A stretch of DNA of 38,155 nucleotides from a virus (taxonomy: Duplodnaviria > Caudoviricetes): the IMG/VR virus record IMGVR_UViG_3300022173_000059, positions 1-38,155 of that record. One strand, given 5' to 3'. Made by a program: the position numbers and the translations under genes. Below, piece after piece: positions 1-7,191 of this stretch. Below the pieces are notes generated by a model, which saw only the letters and a program-made list of their open reading frames with translations, was not told the origin of the DNA and ran no database searches. Within the stretch, counting starts at the first letter, position 1; each line of letters starts with the position of its first letter.

Positions 1-127
1 GAAGGCGCAGTCATCGGCCCCAGCGCGTGTTTGGTGTGGAAAAGGCTCAACGCAGGGAAGTCCGCGATCATGCGGGCATGGGACTCCCGCTCTCCCGCAT
101 TGCTGGCCGTGGTCTGGGTGGCGCAGT
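1..127. repeat. Terminal direct repeat, left copy (circular assembly overlap)
   Basis: Bases 1-127 are identical to 38029-38155, and a minus-strand ORF reads in frame across the junction. Confidence 0.95.
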
Positions 128-794
128 CGGGGCACGGTTCGCCTCCTTCGTCCGGGGCGTAGTAACTCGGGCCTCCGATCATTCCTTGGCCGTTGCAAGT
201 CTGGCACTTCGGCGCTTCTGCCCGCTCGGCCTCGGTGACAAGCCGCCCAGGGTGAACCACGACGCCACTACTACTACGCTGGGCGGCGCGCATCACCTCG
301 TGTTCACCCTGCGTCAAGGGGCGTGGCTCGGTGGCTGGCTGCGCTACCGGGGCGGCGTTGCATGCAGCTTTCTTGCAGAATCGTGACGGGTCGCAGTTAG
401 GGCAGTCGCCTTGCTCGGCCTGCGCTTCCTGTGGTGCAGGAGGGGAGGCGAGACCAAGGATTCTTTCCGCGCACGCAAACGCCTTGTCTTCCAAAACGCC
501 GTACTGGTTTGCAATCCCGGCGGCCATTACCAGCGTGGCTACCTCTGTCGCCACCGGCTCACCCACTACACGGGCTTGCTCGTGGGCGGCACGGGAATTC
601 CATGATTCTTCAGCGGTCGGTTCGTATCCCTCGCAACGGTATTCGGTCCCGATCTCGCACGAGGTGCAGTGGACCTTGTGATACGGGACGGTTTCATGCG
701 ACCAAAGAGATTCATCCATAGTCCTTGATCGCACAGCATCGTCACCGCAGAATGGGCAAGGCAGCAGCGCAGGCAACTCAATGTGTTCGTTCAT
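1..794 (-). CDS. N-terminal part of origin-spanning 420-aa protein: Lar-family (restriction alleviation) zinc ribbon plus further CxxC modules
   Basis: Manual translation from ATG at 794 gives MNEHIELPALLPCPFCGDD...VHCTSCEIGT...ESWNSRA. It stays open to base 1 and continues in frame into ORF 37560..38099. PCPFCG...CxxC...WNxRA is the Lar-family pattern. Confidence 0.8.
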   Translation of the reverse strand, partial: MNEHIELPALLPCPFCGDDAVRSRTMDESLWSHETVPYHKVHCTSCEIGTEYRCEGYEPTAEESWNSRAAHEQARVVGEPVATEVATLVMAAGIANQYGVLEDKAFACAERILGLASPPAPQEAQAEQGDCPNCDPSRFCKKAACNAAPVAQPATEPRPLTQGEHEVMRAAQRSSSGVVVHPGRLVTEAERAEAPKCQTCNGQGMIGGPSYYAPDEGGEPCPDCATQTTASNAGERESHARMIADFPALSLFHTKHALGPMTAP

Positions 795-795
795 G

Positions 796-1062
796 TCAGT
801 CCTTTGTAGGGGTGAGGGCAGCGCGGGCGTTGATGACTGCCGGGCTCTCCCTGTTGATTTCGGCTACACACCAATCCAGCGCCTCACGCAACACCTCGCG
901 CTCTGCCTGAAGCTCTGCCACCCGTGCAATAAGAGGGGCGGCGGCAGCGTCGGCGCATTCCTGCCCGTAGCGCTTCATGACCAACTCGATCACGCCATAC
1001 ACGGAGCTGTGAAACTGCCGGAGGTCGGGCAGCGGAGGCATCGCCCCTGGTGGGTTTGTCAT
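796..1062 (-). CDS. Hypothetical phage protein (88 aa)
   Basis: ORF with AGGAG RBS, abutting the Lar-like gene. Confidence 0.7.
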   Translation of the reverse strand: MTNPPGAMPPLPDLRQFHSSVYGVIELVMKRYGQECADAAAAPLIARVAELQAEREVLREALDWCVAEINRESPAVINARAALTPTKD

Positions 1063-1095
1063 TTCCTATTCTCCTGTTTTTGTTGCAGTGTAGAT

Positions 1096-1123
1096 ATTCT
1101 ACAGCGATTGCAGAATATCGCAA
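1096..1123 (-). promoter_or_regulatory. Putative sigma70 promoter overlapped by a palindrome
   Basis: TTGCGA-N16-TAGAAT on the minus strand. Inverted repeat GATATTCT...AGAATATC at 1093-1119. Confidence 0.5.
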
Positions 1124-1138
1124 GAGAAATCTACATCC

Positions 1139-1390
1139 CTAGCGAAAAAACCAGATTGAAGCCACAGTACAGACCGTCACAGCGCCAGTAAACAGGATGA
1201 CATAGGCCAGCATCTGCATGCCTGAAATCATGTCCTGGTCGGCTTCGTCCTCGGATTCTGGGAATTCAAAATAGCTGTCAGGCTCATGCATCTGGACGGG
1301 CATGCCGTTGTTGCAAAAGCCGATGCACTGGCCCTTCACGGGATCGCAGCCCATAAAGCCGCAGGGTGGTTTGTAGCTTGTGGTCATCAT
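1139..1390 (-). CDS. Hypothetical protein with C-terminal TM helix
   Basis: 83-aa ORF with Cys-rich N-terminus and hydrophobic C-terminus, in an overlapping start/stop chain. Confidence 0.65.
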   Translation of the reverse strand: MMTTSYKPPCGFMGCDPVKGQCIGFCNNGMPVQMHEPDSYFEFPESEDEADQDMISGMQMLAYVILFTGAVTVCTVASIWFFR

Positions 1391-1587
1391 TCTTCCTTAG
1401 ACTCGCGACCGGACATAAAACCCAAAAACATGGCGGCTGCAATCAATGCGACGGCACCCCACGCGCCACTCCATGTGGTCACATCGGCAGGGTTTTCATT
1501 CCCGATCTTTGATGTAAAAATAAGGGATAAGCCGAACAGCCAAGCAAGCGCCAAAAATCGGTTGAGGTATTTCGCGAAGCTCATCAT
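1387..1587 (-). CDS. Small two-TM membrane protein
   Basis: 66 aa, two hydrophobic segments, ATGA-type overlaps with both neighbours. Confidence 0.65.
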   Translation of the reverse strand: MMSFAKYLNRFLALAWLFGLSLIFTSKIGNENPADVTTWSGAWGAVALIAAAMFLGFMSGRESKEE

Positions 1588-1814
1588 TGCTCCAAATAGT
1601 TAAGGATGGCGGAATTCAGCTCTTCCAGTTGCTTGCCGTAAAACAGTTCTCCGGCGTCTTGATCGCCGATGAAAACCTCTTCGAACTCGACAAACGGCTC
1701 TTCCGGTGGGTCGATTTGCGTTGCTGGGACGTAGGGATAAAGCGTCACGCCGCGCGCCTCTACCTCAACGCCGTGGACGTAGACGGTAACGCTCTTGTGT
1801 GTGGTGTGGGTCAT
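1584..1814 (-). CDS. Hypothetical acidic phage protein
   Basis: ATG at 1814 overlaps the upstream stop. MTHTTHKSVTVYVHG... Confidence 0.65.
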   Translation of the reverse strand: MTHTTHKSVTVYVHGVEVEARGVTLYPYVPATQIDPPEEPFVEFEEVFIGDQDAGELFYGKQLEELNSAILNYLEQ

Positions 1815-2122
1815 TTTTTGCCCTTTGCCCATTCATCTAGTTTTTTTTGGCGTGGCTCCCACCACTCTTTCCATTCCCTGTCCTCTCTTGCCCACTCCTC
1901 TTGCTTCTTTTTGAATTCGGCGCTGCGGTGGTCCTCTTTAGCTTGGGCCTCATCGTTAAGCCTTGCGTATCCGATGTGATCAACGCGCTCTTGGCATTTT
2001 TTGCAATACAGGTGGTAAGTAATAATCTCGTATTCGTTGTGGTACTTCTTGTTTGGCTCGACGGTCTCTCGCGTGTACACACCAAGATAGGCTGCTGGGT
2101 GTTTACATGAGAAGAAGCTCAT
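1811..2122 (-). CDS. Hypothetical protein with CxxC
   Basis: ATG at 2122 overlaps the upstream stop. YCKKC motif. Confidence 0.6.
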   Translation of the reverse strand: MSFFSCKHPAAYLGVYTRETVEPNKKYHNEYEIITYHLYCKKCQERVDHIGYARLNDEAQAKEDHRSAEFKKKQEEWAREDREWKEWWEPRQKKLDEWAKGKK

Positions 2123-2304
2123 TTCACCAACTCCCAGCAAGCGATAGCAGCCAGAGCCAGCCCAAGGCCGATTGCCAAAGACCAGTTGGCCAGCTTGTCC
2201 ATCCAGTGAATGGCCTTTACAGGTATCTCGATTGCTGCGCCGTATTCCATGGTGTGGGGAAAGGCCTCCATGGTTGAGCGGGCAAATTTACGGGTTGTGT
2301 TCAT
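2119..2304 (-). CDS. Small membrane protein
   Basis: MNTTRKFARSTMEAFP..., C-terminal TM helix, AAGGA RBS, ATGA overlap. Confidence 0.65.
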   Translation of the reverse strand: MNTTRKFARSTMEAFPHTMEYGAAIEIPVKAIHWMDKLANWSLAIGLGLALAAIACWELVK

Positions 2305-2507
2305 TTTGGTTCCTTTGCGAGTCCGCGCCAAATTCGATCTTGAAAGTCCAGCACAACGCCTCCCTGCGAAGTCCTCCATACGTGGCCGTCCCAATGAGCG
2401 ACCCATCCACTGGTGCCAAAGTCATCCCACGGAGCTGCTACTTCGTATCCGCCAACTCGAATCGGCTTCACATCATGCGAAAACCAACGGGTAAGTTCCT
2501 CGCTCAT
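2301..2507 (-). CDS. Hypothetical Trp-rich phage protein
   Basis: 68 aa, KPIRVGGYEV...WRGL pattern, coupled to neighbours. Confidence 0.7.
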   Translation of the reverse strand: MSEELTRWFSHDVKPIRVGGYEVAAPWDDFGTSGWVAHWDGHVWRTSQGGVVLDFQDRIWRGLAKEPK

Positions 2508-2698
2508 TTCCAGCCTTTCAAAGTCGGATCGTTCTGACGGGAAGAAAACCCAGCGCGCTCCAGCTTCTGCGCAGTAGCGTCTTGTTCAATCGGGACTAGC
2601 GCCCAATCGCCGGGGATGGTGTCGGACCAGGCATCCCATGCTTGGGAGGCTTCGGGGCCAGTGAGTTCGTGAACCAGTGGTTGATGAATGGTGTTCAT
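2504..2698 (-). CDS. Hypothetical protein
   Basis: ATG at 2698 with GAGG RBS. MNTIHQPLV... Confidence 0.55.
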   Translation of the reverse strand: MNTIHQPLVHELTGPEASQAWDAWSDTIPGDWALVPIEQDATAQKLERAGFSSRQNDPTLKGWK

Positions 2699-2705
2699 GG
2701 CGACC

Positions 2706-2897
2706 TCAAAAGAACCCAAGGATCGAACCGAACGGGGCGATGAATACACCAGCAACTCGGGCAACGAACATCGCGGTAACGCCGCCATCCAGCATGCCGA
2801 TCAACTTCACGATGTTGGCGATCCACCCGCCGACAGCGATAGCCCAGATGATCAAAATCAAAAACCAAGCTTCAACAAAACCTTTTTCCATCTTCAT
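2706..2897 (-). CDS. Small membrane protein
   Basis: 63 aa, hydrophobic, GWIANIVKL...GSILGFF, AGGAG RBS. First gene of the leftward operon. Confidence 0.75.
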   Translation of the reverse strand: MKMEKGFVEAWFLILIIWAIAVGGWIANIVKLIGMLDGGVTAMFVARVAGVFIAPFGSILGFF

Positions 2898-2937
2898 TCG
2901 TCTTCTCCTGTGTTACCTCTTGTGAGGCGATGGATGA

Positions 2938-2970
2938 AGTATGAATTTACGTCGCCTTACCGTCCATTTG
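2938..2970 (-). promoter_or_regulatory. Leftward promoter (CAAA-TGGACG-N17-CATACT)
   Basis: 17-bp spacing. Shares the 12-mer CAAATGGACGGT with the rightward promoter at 3506-3538. Confidence 0.55.
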
Positions 2971-3039
2971 ATTGTTAAAACTGGTTATGATTTTTCGATT
3001 GAAGAAATCTATAGGTAAAAGGAAATTTTTACTGCATAC

Positions 3040-3068
3040 TTCACAGGCACGCTGTTTGCCGCTAGAAT
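3040..3068 (+). promoter_or_regulatory. Sigma70 promoter driving the structured RNA region
   Basis: TTCACA-N17-TAGAAT. Confidence 0.65.
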
Positions 3069-3074
3069 CCATTC

Positions 3075-3218
3075 CGTCAGGTGTGGCAATCTGGCAGCTA
3101 AGCAACAGCACTACAAACCCCGAGTTTTTAGCGGGGCTGTGTGGTTTTTCAGTGGTTGCTTCACTGTCAGATCGCCCAGCCAAGGGCCAGCCCCGCTAAG
3201 CATTCGGGGTTTTTCTTT
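3075..3218 (+). ncRNA. CI/c4-like structured RNA or attenuator
   Basis: Long stem 3115-3139 with 3188-3212 closes two hairpins (3150-3166, 3174-3187). Leader 3081-3106 is complementary to 3155-3180. Confidence 0.6.
3191..3218 (+). terminator. Conditional intrinsic terminator
   Basis: CCCCG-ctaagcatt-CGGGG followed by TTTTTCTTT. Confidence 0.55.
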
Positions 3219-3226
3219 GTCTGATC

Positions 3227-3450
3227 GGGGGTCGTTTGGAAACGACGTTGACGCCCCCATGCACAGCAAACGGTTCATGCACTGATGGGTTTTGGCGTAA
3301 CGGAATCGCCCGATAGGTCTGGTTTGCACTACCGGATAAGGATTCCGAGCTTGGGCGAGTGTCAACGACCCAGGACGAAGCACCGATGCTGCGGCTCCGG
3401 ATGTAACGACGCGAAGCTACTCTCTTGCATAGGGTTGGCTTCGCTCGCCC
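3227..3450 (+). ncRNA. Multi-stem structured non-coding element (RNA or origin)
   Basis: Several complementary pairs, e.g. 3231-36/3241-46, 3301-07/3341-47, 3246-52/3361-67, 3411-18/3437-44. No convincing ORF. Confidence 0.4.
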
Positions 3451-3505
3451 CTCAACTGCTCACCAGATGTAATCTAATCGATAAGCATCCTCCGATAGTA
3501 AATAA

Positions 3506-3538
3506 CAAATGGACGGTGTTCATGGTCATGGTGAGAAT
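3506..3538 (+). promoter_or_regulatory. Rightward promoter (CAAA-TGGACG-N17-GAGAAT), probably leaderless
   Basis: The -10 box ends 6 nt before ATG 3545. Confidence 0.55.
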
Positions 3539-3544
3539 CAATGC

Positions 3545-3715
3545 ATGGACACAAAACCCGATGGGCAAACCGGATGCCTGGAACTTCCGGACGTAACAGT
3601 AGAGCAGTCGAAAGACGGCCTGCTGGTCACTCACAAGCGGACGGGCGCAACCGTCACGATTTCGGTCGAATCTTTGCAGCGCTGGTTGATCGGAAAATTG
3701 AGGGCGATTTTCTGA
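3545..3715 (+). CDS. Hypothetical protein (56 aa)
   Basis: MDTKPDGQTGCLELPDVTVEQSKDG... The stop overlaps the next ATG. Confidence 0.6.
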   Translation: MDTKPDGQTGCLELPDVTVEQSKDGLLVTHKRTGATVTISVESLQRWLIGKLRAIF

Positions 3716-4065
3716 TGAAAACAGACCGCGAATTGCTTGATAAGGCAGCAAATGTTGCTAACAAAAACGGCATGAAGATCATTTTTGATCGCGCTTATGG
3801 TGCACATCGTGATGTAACTGGCTGGCTGCCTGAATCAAATTTCAATGCTGCGCCTTTTTGGAATCCGTTAGCCAACGATGGCGATGCGCTGCGGCTGGCG
3901 GTTAAGCTCCATATCGACATCGAGTGGGAATGCCTTCAAGACGAAGCCTCGATGTGCGCATACCGACGCTCGAAGGAAGGCAGCTACTTCACAGCGATGG
4001 AATCGCCAAACGACTACCGCAGAGCCATCGTGCGCGCTGCTTCTGCCATCGGGGAGCAAATGTAA
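3715..4065 (+). CDS. Conserved phage protein (possible ABA-sandwich-like domain)
   Basis: WNPLxxDGDALRLAVKL and RRAIVRAAxxIG motifs recalled from proteobacterial phages. Confidence 0.6.
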   Translation: MKTDRELLDKAANVANKNGMKIIFDRAYGAHRDVTGWLPESNFNAAPFWNPLANDGDALRLAVKLHIDIEWECLQDEASMCAYRRSKEGSYFTAMESPNDYRRAIVRAASAIGEQM

Positions 4066-4485
4066 ATGGACCTCTTTGGCGACACCAACACAAAATCCAC
4101 ATGCGCAGGGCTTAACAAGCGCACCACAAACGCCGCTGGCGGATTTCAAGAGTTCTGGATGGCTTGGCCTAAGCACCATCGAAAGGTAGACAAGCAAGCA
4201 TGCCTGAACCGGTGGGCGAAAATGGCATGCGCAGATGACGCAGAAAAAATCACAACCATGGTCATTTGGCTCAAAACGCAGCCGGAATGGCTAAAAGACA
4301 ATGGCGGGTTCATCCCAATGCCGAAAACATGGCTTGGCCGTCAGCCTTGGTTGGAATGGGAGCCAGAGCCAGTTCGCATGAAAAGGCCCGATGCGCTTGA
4401 GATCATCAAAACGCATCAGGGCGCAGCGCCATCGGAAGAAACTAGGCGGAAGATTCGGGAGCTGTTGGGGAGCCGTGGTAAATGA
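4066..4485 (+). CDS. Phage replication initiator-like protein (C-terminal domain only)
   Basis: FQEFWMAWPKHHRKVDK...FIPMPKTWL pattern of phage replisome-organiser C-termini. Confidence 0.65.
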   Translation: MDLFGDTNTKSTCAGLNKRTTNAAGGFQEFWMAWPKHHRKVDKQACLNRWAKMACADDAEKITTMVIWLKTQPEWLKDNGGFIPMPKTWLGRQPWLEWEPEPVRMKRPDALEIIKTHQGAAPSEETRRKIRELLGSRGK

Positions 4486-4676
4486 CAAAAACCTACGCCC
4501 TAAAACGCCTGCTGGAGCATGGTCCGATGAACCTAGCCAGCATCCGGGAATGCACGATCTGGAGCCGGCACGAGGTTAGAAACGCCGTGCGGACCTGTTT
4601 GAAATATGGGGAGATACGCCGCTTGCGTGCTGCGGCTAGCTCTAAGGCGAAGTACGATTACGAGGCAATGAAATGA
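4482..4676 (+). CDS. Small winged-helix-like protein
   Basis: 64 aa, LKRLLEHGPMNLASIRECTIWSRHEV helix-turn-helix-like pattern. Confidence 0.55.
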   Translation: MTKTYALKRLLEHGPMNLASIRECTIWSRHEVRNAVRTCLKYGEIRRLRAAASSKAKYDYEAMK

Positions 4677-5098
4677 GAATCCTACTTGGAATTGATCCTG
4701 GCCGGAACACTGGGATGGCCGTAATCAAAGACGGCAAGCTAGACGCGCTGGGCACGATCTGTCCGCTAGACCTCATGGCTTGGCTGACCGATGTAAGCCC
4801 GGATCGGGTTATCTTCGAGGACAGCCGACTAACCTCGCACCTGTTCACAACAAACCGAAACCAAGCCGTGGCAAAGAGCATGGCGCGCAAAGTTGGCCAG
4901 GTGGACATGGTGTGTAACTTGATCGTGGAGGCTTGTGACCGGCTCGGAATCCCTGCGCATGGGATCAGCCCGAAAGGAAAAGGAGCAAAGCTAAACGCCG
5001 CTCAATTCAAAGCGGCCACAGGCTGGGAAGGCCCTTCAAATGAGCATGGGAGAGATTCCTGTATGGTTGCATGGCCGTACAGGAATGCAGCATCCTAG
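4673..5098 (+). CDS. RuvC-like Holliday junction resolvase
   Basis: ILLGIDPGRNTGMAV, VIFED and NEHGRDS acidic RNase H-fold motifs. Confidence 0.75.
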   Translation: MRILLGIDPGRNTGMAVIKDGKLDALGTICPLDLMAWLTDVSPDRVIFEDSRLTSHLFTTNRNQAVAKSMARKVGQVDMVCNLIVEACDRLGIPAHGISPKGKGAKLNAAQFKAATGWEGPSNEHGRDSCMVAWPYRNAAS

Positions 5099-5421
5099 AT
5101 CGCTTGCCAAAGCACCTTGGGCGAAAAATGAGAGGATCGAGCAGGCCCATAGCCAACTTTCCGAATAACCCCATTAGCAGCAGACCGACGCATAACGCCG
5201 CCCCAGGCTTTTGCGTTAAATGGAGCGTCAACAAGGTCGAGGGATTCTCCCCATTCCCTGACCTGCTCTGTCAGGAAATCTTGGCCACGATGCGCCAGGC
5301 AGTAGCGAAGTAGCGCTGCCTCTGCGTCCTCTGACCACCGCTGTTTATGGCGGTTTGCGTTTGCTTCGGATAAGGCCATGCCGGTGTTCATGGCAGATGC
5401 GGCTTGTTGGTGGGTGTTCAT
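5095..5421 (-). CDS. Conserved phage hypothetical protein
   Basis: KAWGGVMRR...GVI...SH..PKVLW pattern. GAGGAG RBS. Confidence 0.7.
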   Translation of the reverse strand: MNTHQQAASAMNTGMALSEANANRHKQRWSEDAEAALLRYCLAHRGQDFLTEQVREWGESLDLVDAPFNAKAWGGVMRRSAANGVIRKVGYGPARSSHFSPKVLWQAI

Positions 5422-5600
5422 TTCTTCTCCACGCATGTTGCTATCGGTTTGATAAAAGAAGGTGAACTATTTTTCACTTGTTGAACCCACGCCGATCCTG
5501 CTTTTAGGCATCCATCATGGGTATAAAAGCCTGGAAGTGAATTAACAGATACGCCATGCGCACTGGTCGTAAGCGTCATGATCAGAAACCAAGAATTCAT
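5418..5600 (-). CDS. Small hypothetical protein
   Basis: 60 aa, hydrophobic N-terminus, two Cys, ATGA overlaps. Confidence 0.65.
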   Translation of the reverse strand: MNSWFLIMTLTTSAHGVSVNSLPGFYTHDGCLKAGSAWVQQVKNSSPSFIKPIATCVEKK

Positions 5601-5848
5601 GTCAGTTCCTTAGCTGCTGCGATAGCGGCGCGGGAACATGCGCCGGCATCAAACGTCATTTCTTGATGGATCGTATGCAGCGGCTGTTCAACCAAAGTCG
5701 ATGGGCATCGCCTAGAAATCCATCCTAGCGCCTCCAGCAACTGCCTATGGCTTGCGTCAAGGGCGCGGACTTGCTTTACAAGATCGATGGGAGCGCTCGT
5801 GTCACCGTGCTTCTCAAGATCGTCCACCAGTTGTTTTAGCGTGCTCAA
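5597..5848 (-). CDS. Hypothetical protein
   Basis: 83 aa, TTG start behind AGGAG. Confidence 0.6.
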   Translation of the reverse strand: MSTLKQLVDDLEKHGDTSAPIDLVKQVRALDASHRQLLEALGWISRRCPSTLVEQPLHTIHQEMTFDAGACSRAAIAAAKELT

Positions 5849-5849
5849 T

Positions 5850-6191
5850 TCATTCTCCTGTCAAAAGTTGATCGCGGTCGATTTCCCATTCAGCATAGGC
5901 CGCGTCCCATACTGCAAACTTCTGTTCTTTGGTCATCGTTCGGCCCTGATCCAATTCCGCGTGGCAAGTGTGGCATCCTGGCACGGTGAACTTGTCCGAA
6001 GCCTTTAGGCCCATTCCCTTGCCGTGGATGGACTGATTCGAGTGACAGGGCACAACCGTATCCATGTAGCAGGCCGGAGTGCTGGGTAGTCTCAAATAGC
6101 ACCGCTGATACCGGCAAAGCGCAAGGTAGTCAATGCCGTCGATCTTGGCGCGGCGCTTCGGCTTTGACTTCATGGGCGATCTGCGCATCAT
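5850..6191 (-). CDS. DUF1364/YbcO-family putative nuclease
   Basis: CYLRLP...TVVPCHSNQ..HGKGMGLKASD...PGCHTCH motifs. Confidence 0.8.
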   Translation of the reverse strand: MMRRSPMKSKPKRRAKIDGIDYLALCRYQRCYLRLPSTPACYMDTVVPCHSNQSIHGKGMGLKASDKFTVPGCHTCHAELDQGRTMTKEQKFAVWDAAYAEWEIDRDQLLTGE

Positions 6192-6619
6192 CCCTGCCTC
6201 CGTACAAGCCACTTCTGGTAGGGTAGTCTTACGAGGCGGTGAAAACTTTCGGCGGCATGAGGGTTTGTGTCTAGCTCTTTTCGGCTGTCAATCTCCAGCA
6301 TTAGCTTGACCTCGCTTGACGCTTGAGCCTCGCTTTCGATTGGGCTGTTAGTCCACTCATGACCAAGCCATTCCCAAAACTCAGGTTCGCCACACCGGAT
6401 AACAAGCCACTTGCATAGCGGGCCGATGGAGTCTTTCTGCTCTGGCTCTTTGGCAGCCGCATAGCCCACTTGGAGCGCAGCAATCGCAACCGGTGTACCT
6501 GGCGCAGCAAAAAGGCTGAAAGCGTCTTTGGCATGCGCTGGTTCAATGTCGAAGGTCATGCGCAGAGTTCCATCTGCCATAGTGCGCATTCCAACAGAGG
6601 CGGCGGGTATGGCGATCAT
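6188..6619 (-). CDS. Conserved phage hypothetical protein
   Basis: MADGTLR...I.SRKELD pattern. ATGA overlap. Confidence 0.7.
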   Translation of the reverse strand: MIAIPAASVGMRTMADGTLRMTFDIEPAHAKDAFSLFAAPGTPVAIAALQVGYAAAKEPEQKDSIGPLCKWLVIRCGEPEFWEWLGHEWTNSPIESEAQASSEVKLMLEIDSRKELDTNPHAAESFHRLVRLPYQKWLVRRQG

Positions 6620-6786
6620 TTTTCCAGATCCTTTTGAAGTTTTTCCCACGCCTCAAGCGGGATTACTAATCTAGGCGGCTCCATGGATGCGAGATGAATC
6701 AATCGATCCACAATTGGCTTTGCCGCCTTTTCATACTCTTTCTGCAAAAGTACAAGTTGCTCTCGCAGATACCGTTGCTCATCCAT
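6616..6786 (-). CDS. Hypothetical protein (56 aa, not in ORF track)
   Basis: Manual translation MDEQRYLREQLVLLQKEYEKAAKPIVDRL...LEK. Fills the operon gap. Confidence 0.6.
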   Translation of the reverse strand: MDEQRYLREQLVLLQKEYEKAAKPIVDRLIHLASMEPPRLVIPLEAWEKLQKDLEK

Positions 6787-6967
6787 TACTCAACTCCTTA
6801 AATCTTGCCGCTCCGATAGCCCGAGCCTTCGGAAAAACAGCCTCTAGCTTTGCCCGCTCGGCCTTAACGTAATCAGCCCAGCCGGTTTGTAAATCCACAT
6901 CGCCACCTGCAAAGGCCAACTCTCCTAGCCAGCGGGCGCGGTCTTCGTGGAGTTCGTCTTCTGTCAT
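6779..6967 (-). CDS. Hypothetical protein
   Basis: MTEDELHEDRARW..., ATGA overlap. Confidence 0.6.
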   Translation of the reverse strand: MTEDELHEDRARWLGELAFAGGDVDLQTGWADYVKAERAKLEAVFPKARAIGAARFKELSNG

Positions 6968-7191
6968 TTTTGATATGCAACCCACTTAACCCATTGATCT
7001 TTGGTCCAGCGGAGTTGATGGGATGGGCCTAAAAGCATCCCATCGTAGCTTGGCAATTTGTTGTATTCAAAAGGCCAAAGAAGATCGTCGTTTATGAAAG
7101 CAATTCGTACTGAATGTACAAATGCATTTCTCAGCAAAACATAAGCTGCCAATGCAACCAAAATATACATTAAGACAAAAGCGTAGTTCAT
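6964..7191 (-). CDS. Hypothetical protein with N-terminal TM
   Basis: 75 aa, coupled to the HTH gene. Confidence 0.65.
   Translation of the reverse strand: MNYAFVLMYILVALAAYVLLRNAFVHSVRIAFINDDLLWPFEYNKLPSYDGMLLGPSHQLRWTKDQWVKWVAYQK

Noticed and set aside
27-1191. Plus-strand ORFs at the left end
   Set aside because: They lie opposite the Lar-like gene and the coupled minus-strand operon.
2947-3596. ORF-track entries in the control region (2947-3183, 2972-3199, 3111-3383, 3285-3596)
   Set aside because: They have no RBS or recognisable motifs, and they cross promoters and stems. They are likely spurious.
4673-5098. RuvC-like protein as a TnpB/Cas12-type RNA-guided nuclease using the upstream RNA
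   Set aside because: It is only 141 aa with a contiguous RuvC fold and no WED, REC or zinc-finger regions. It fits an ordinary resolvase.
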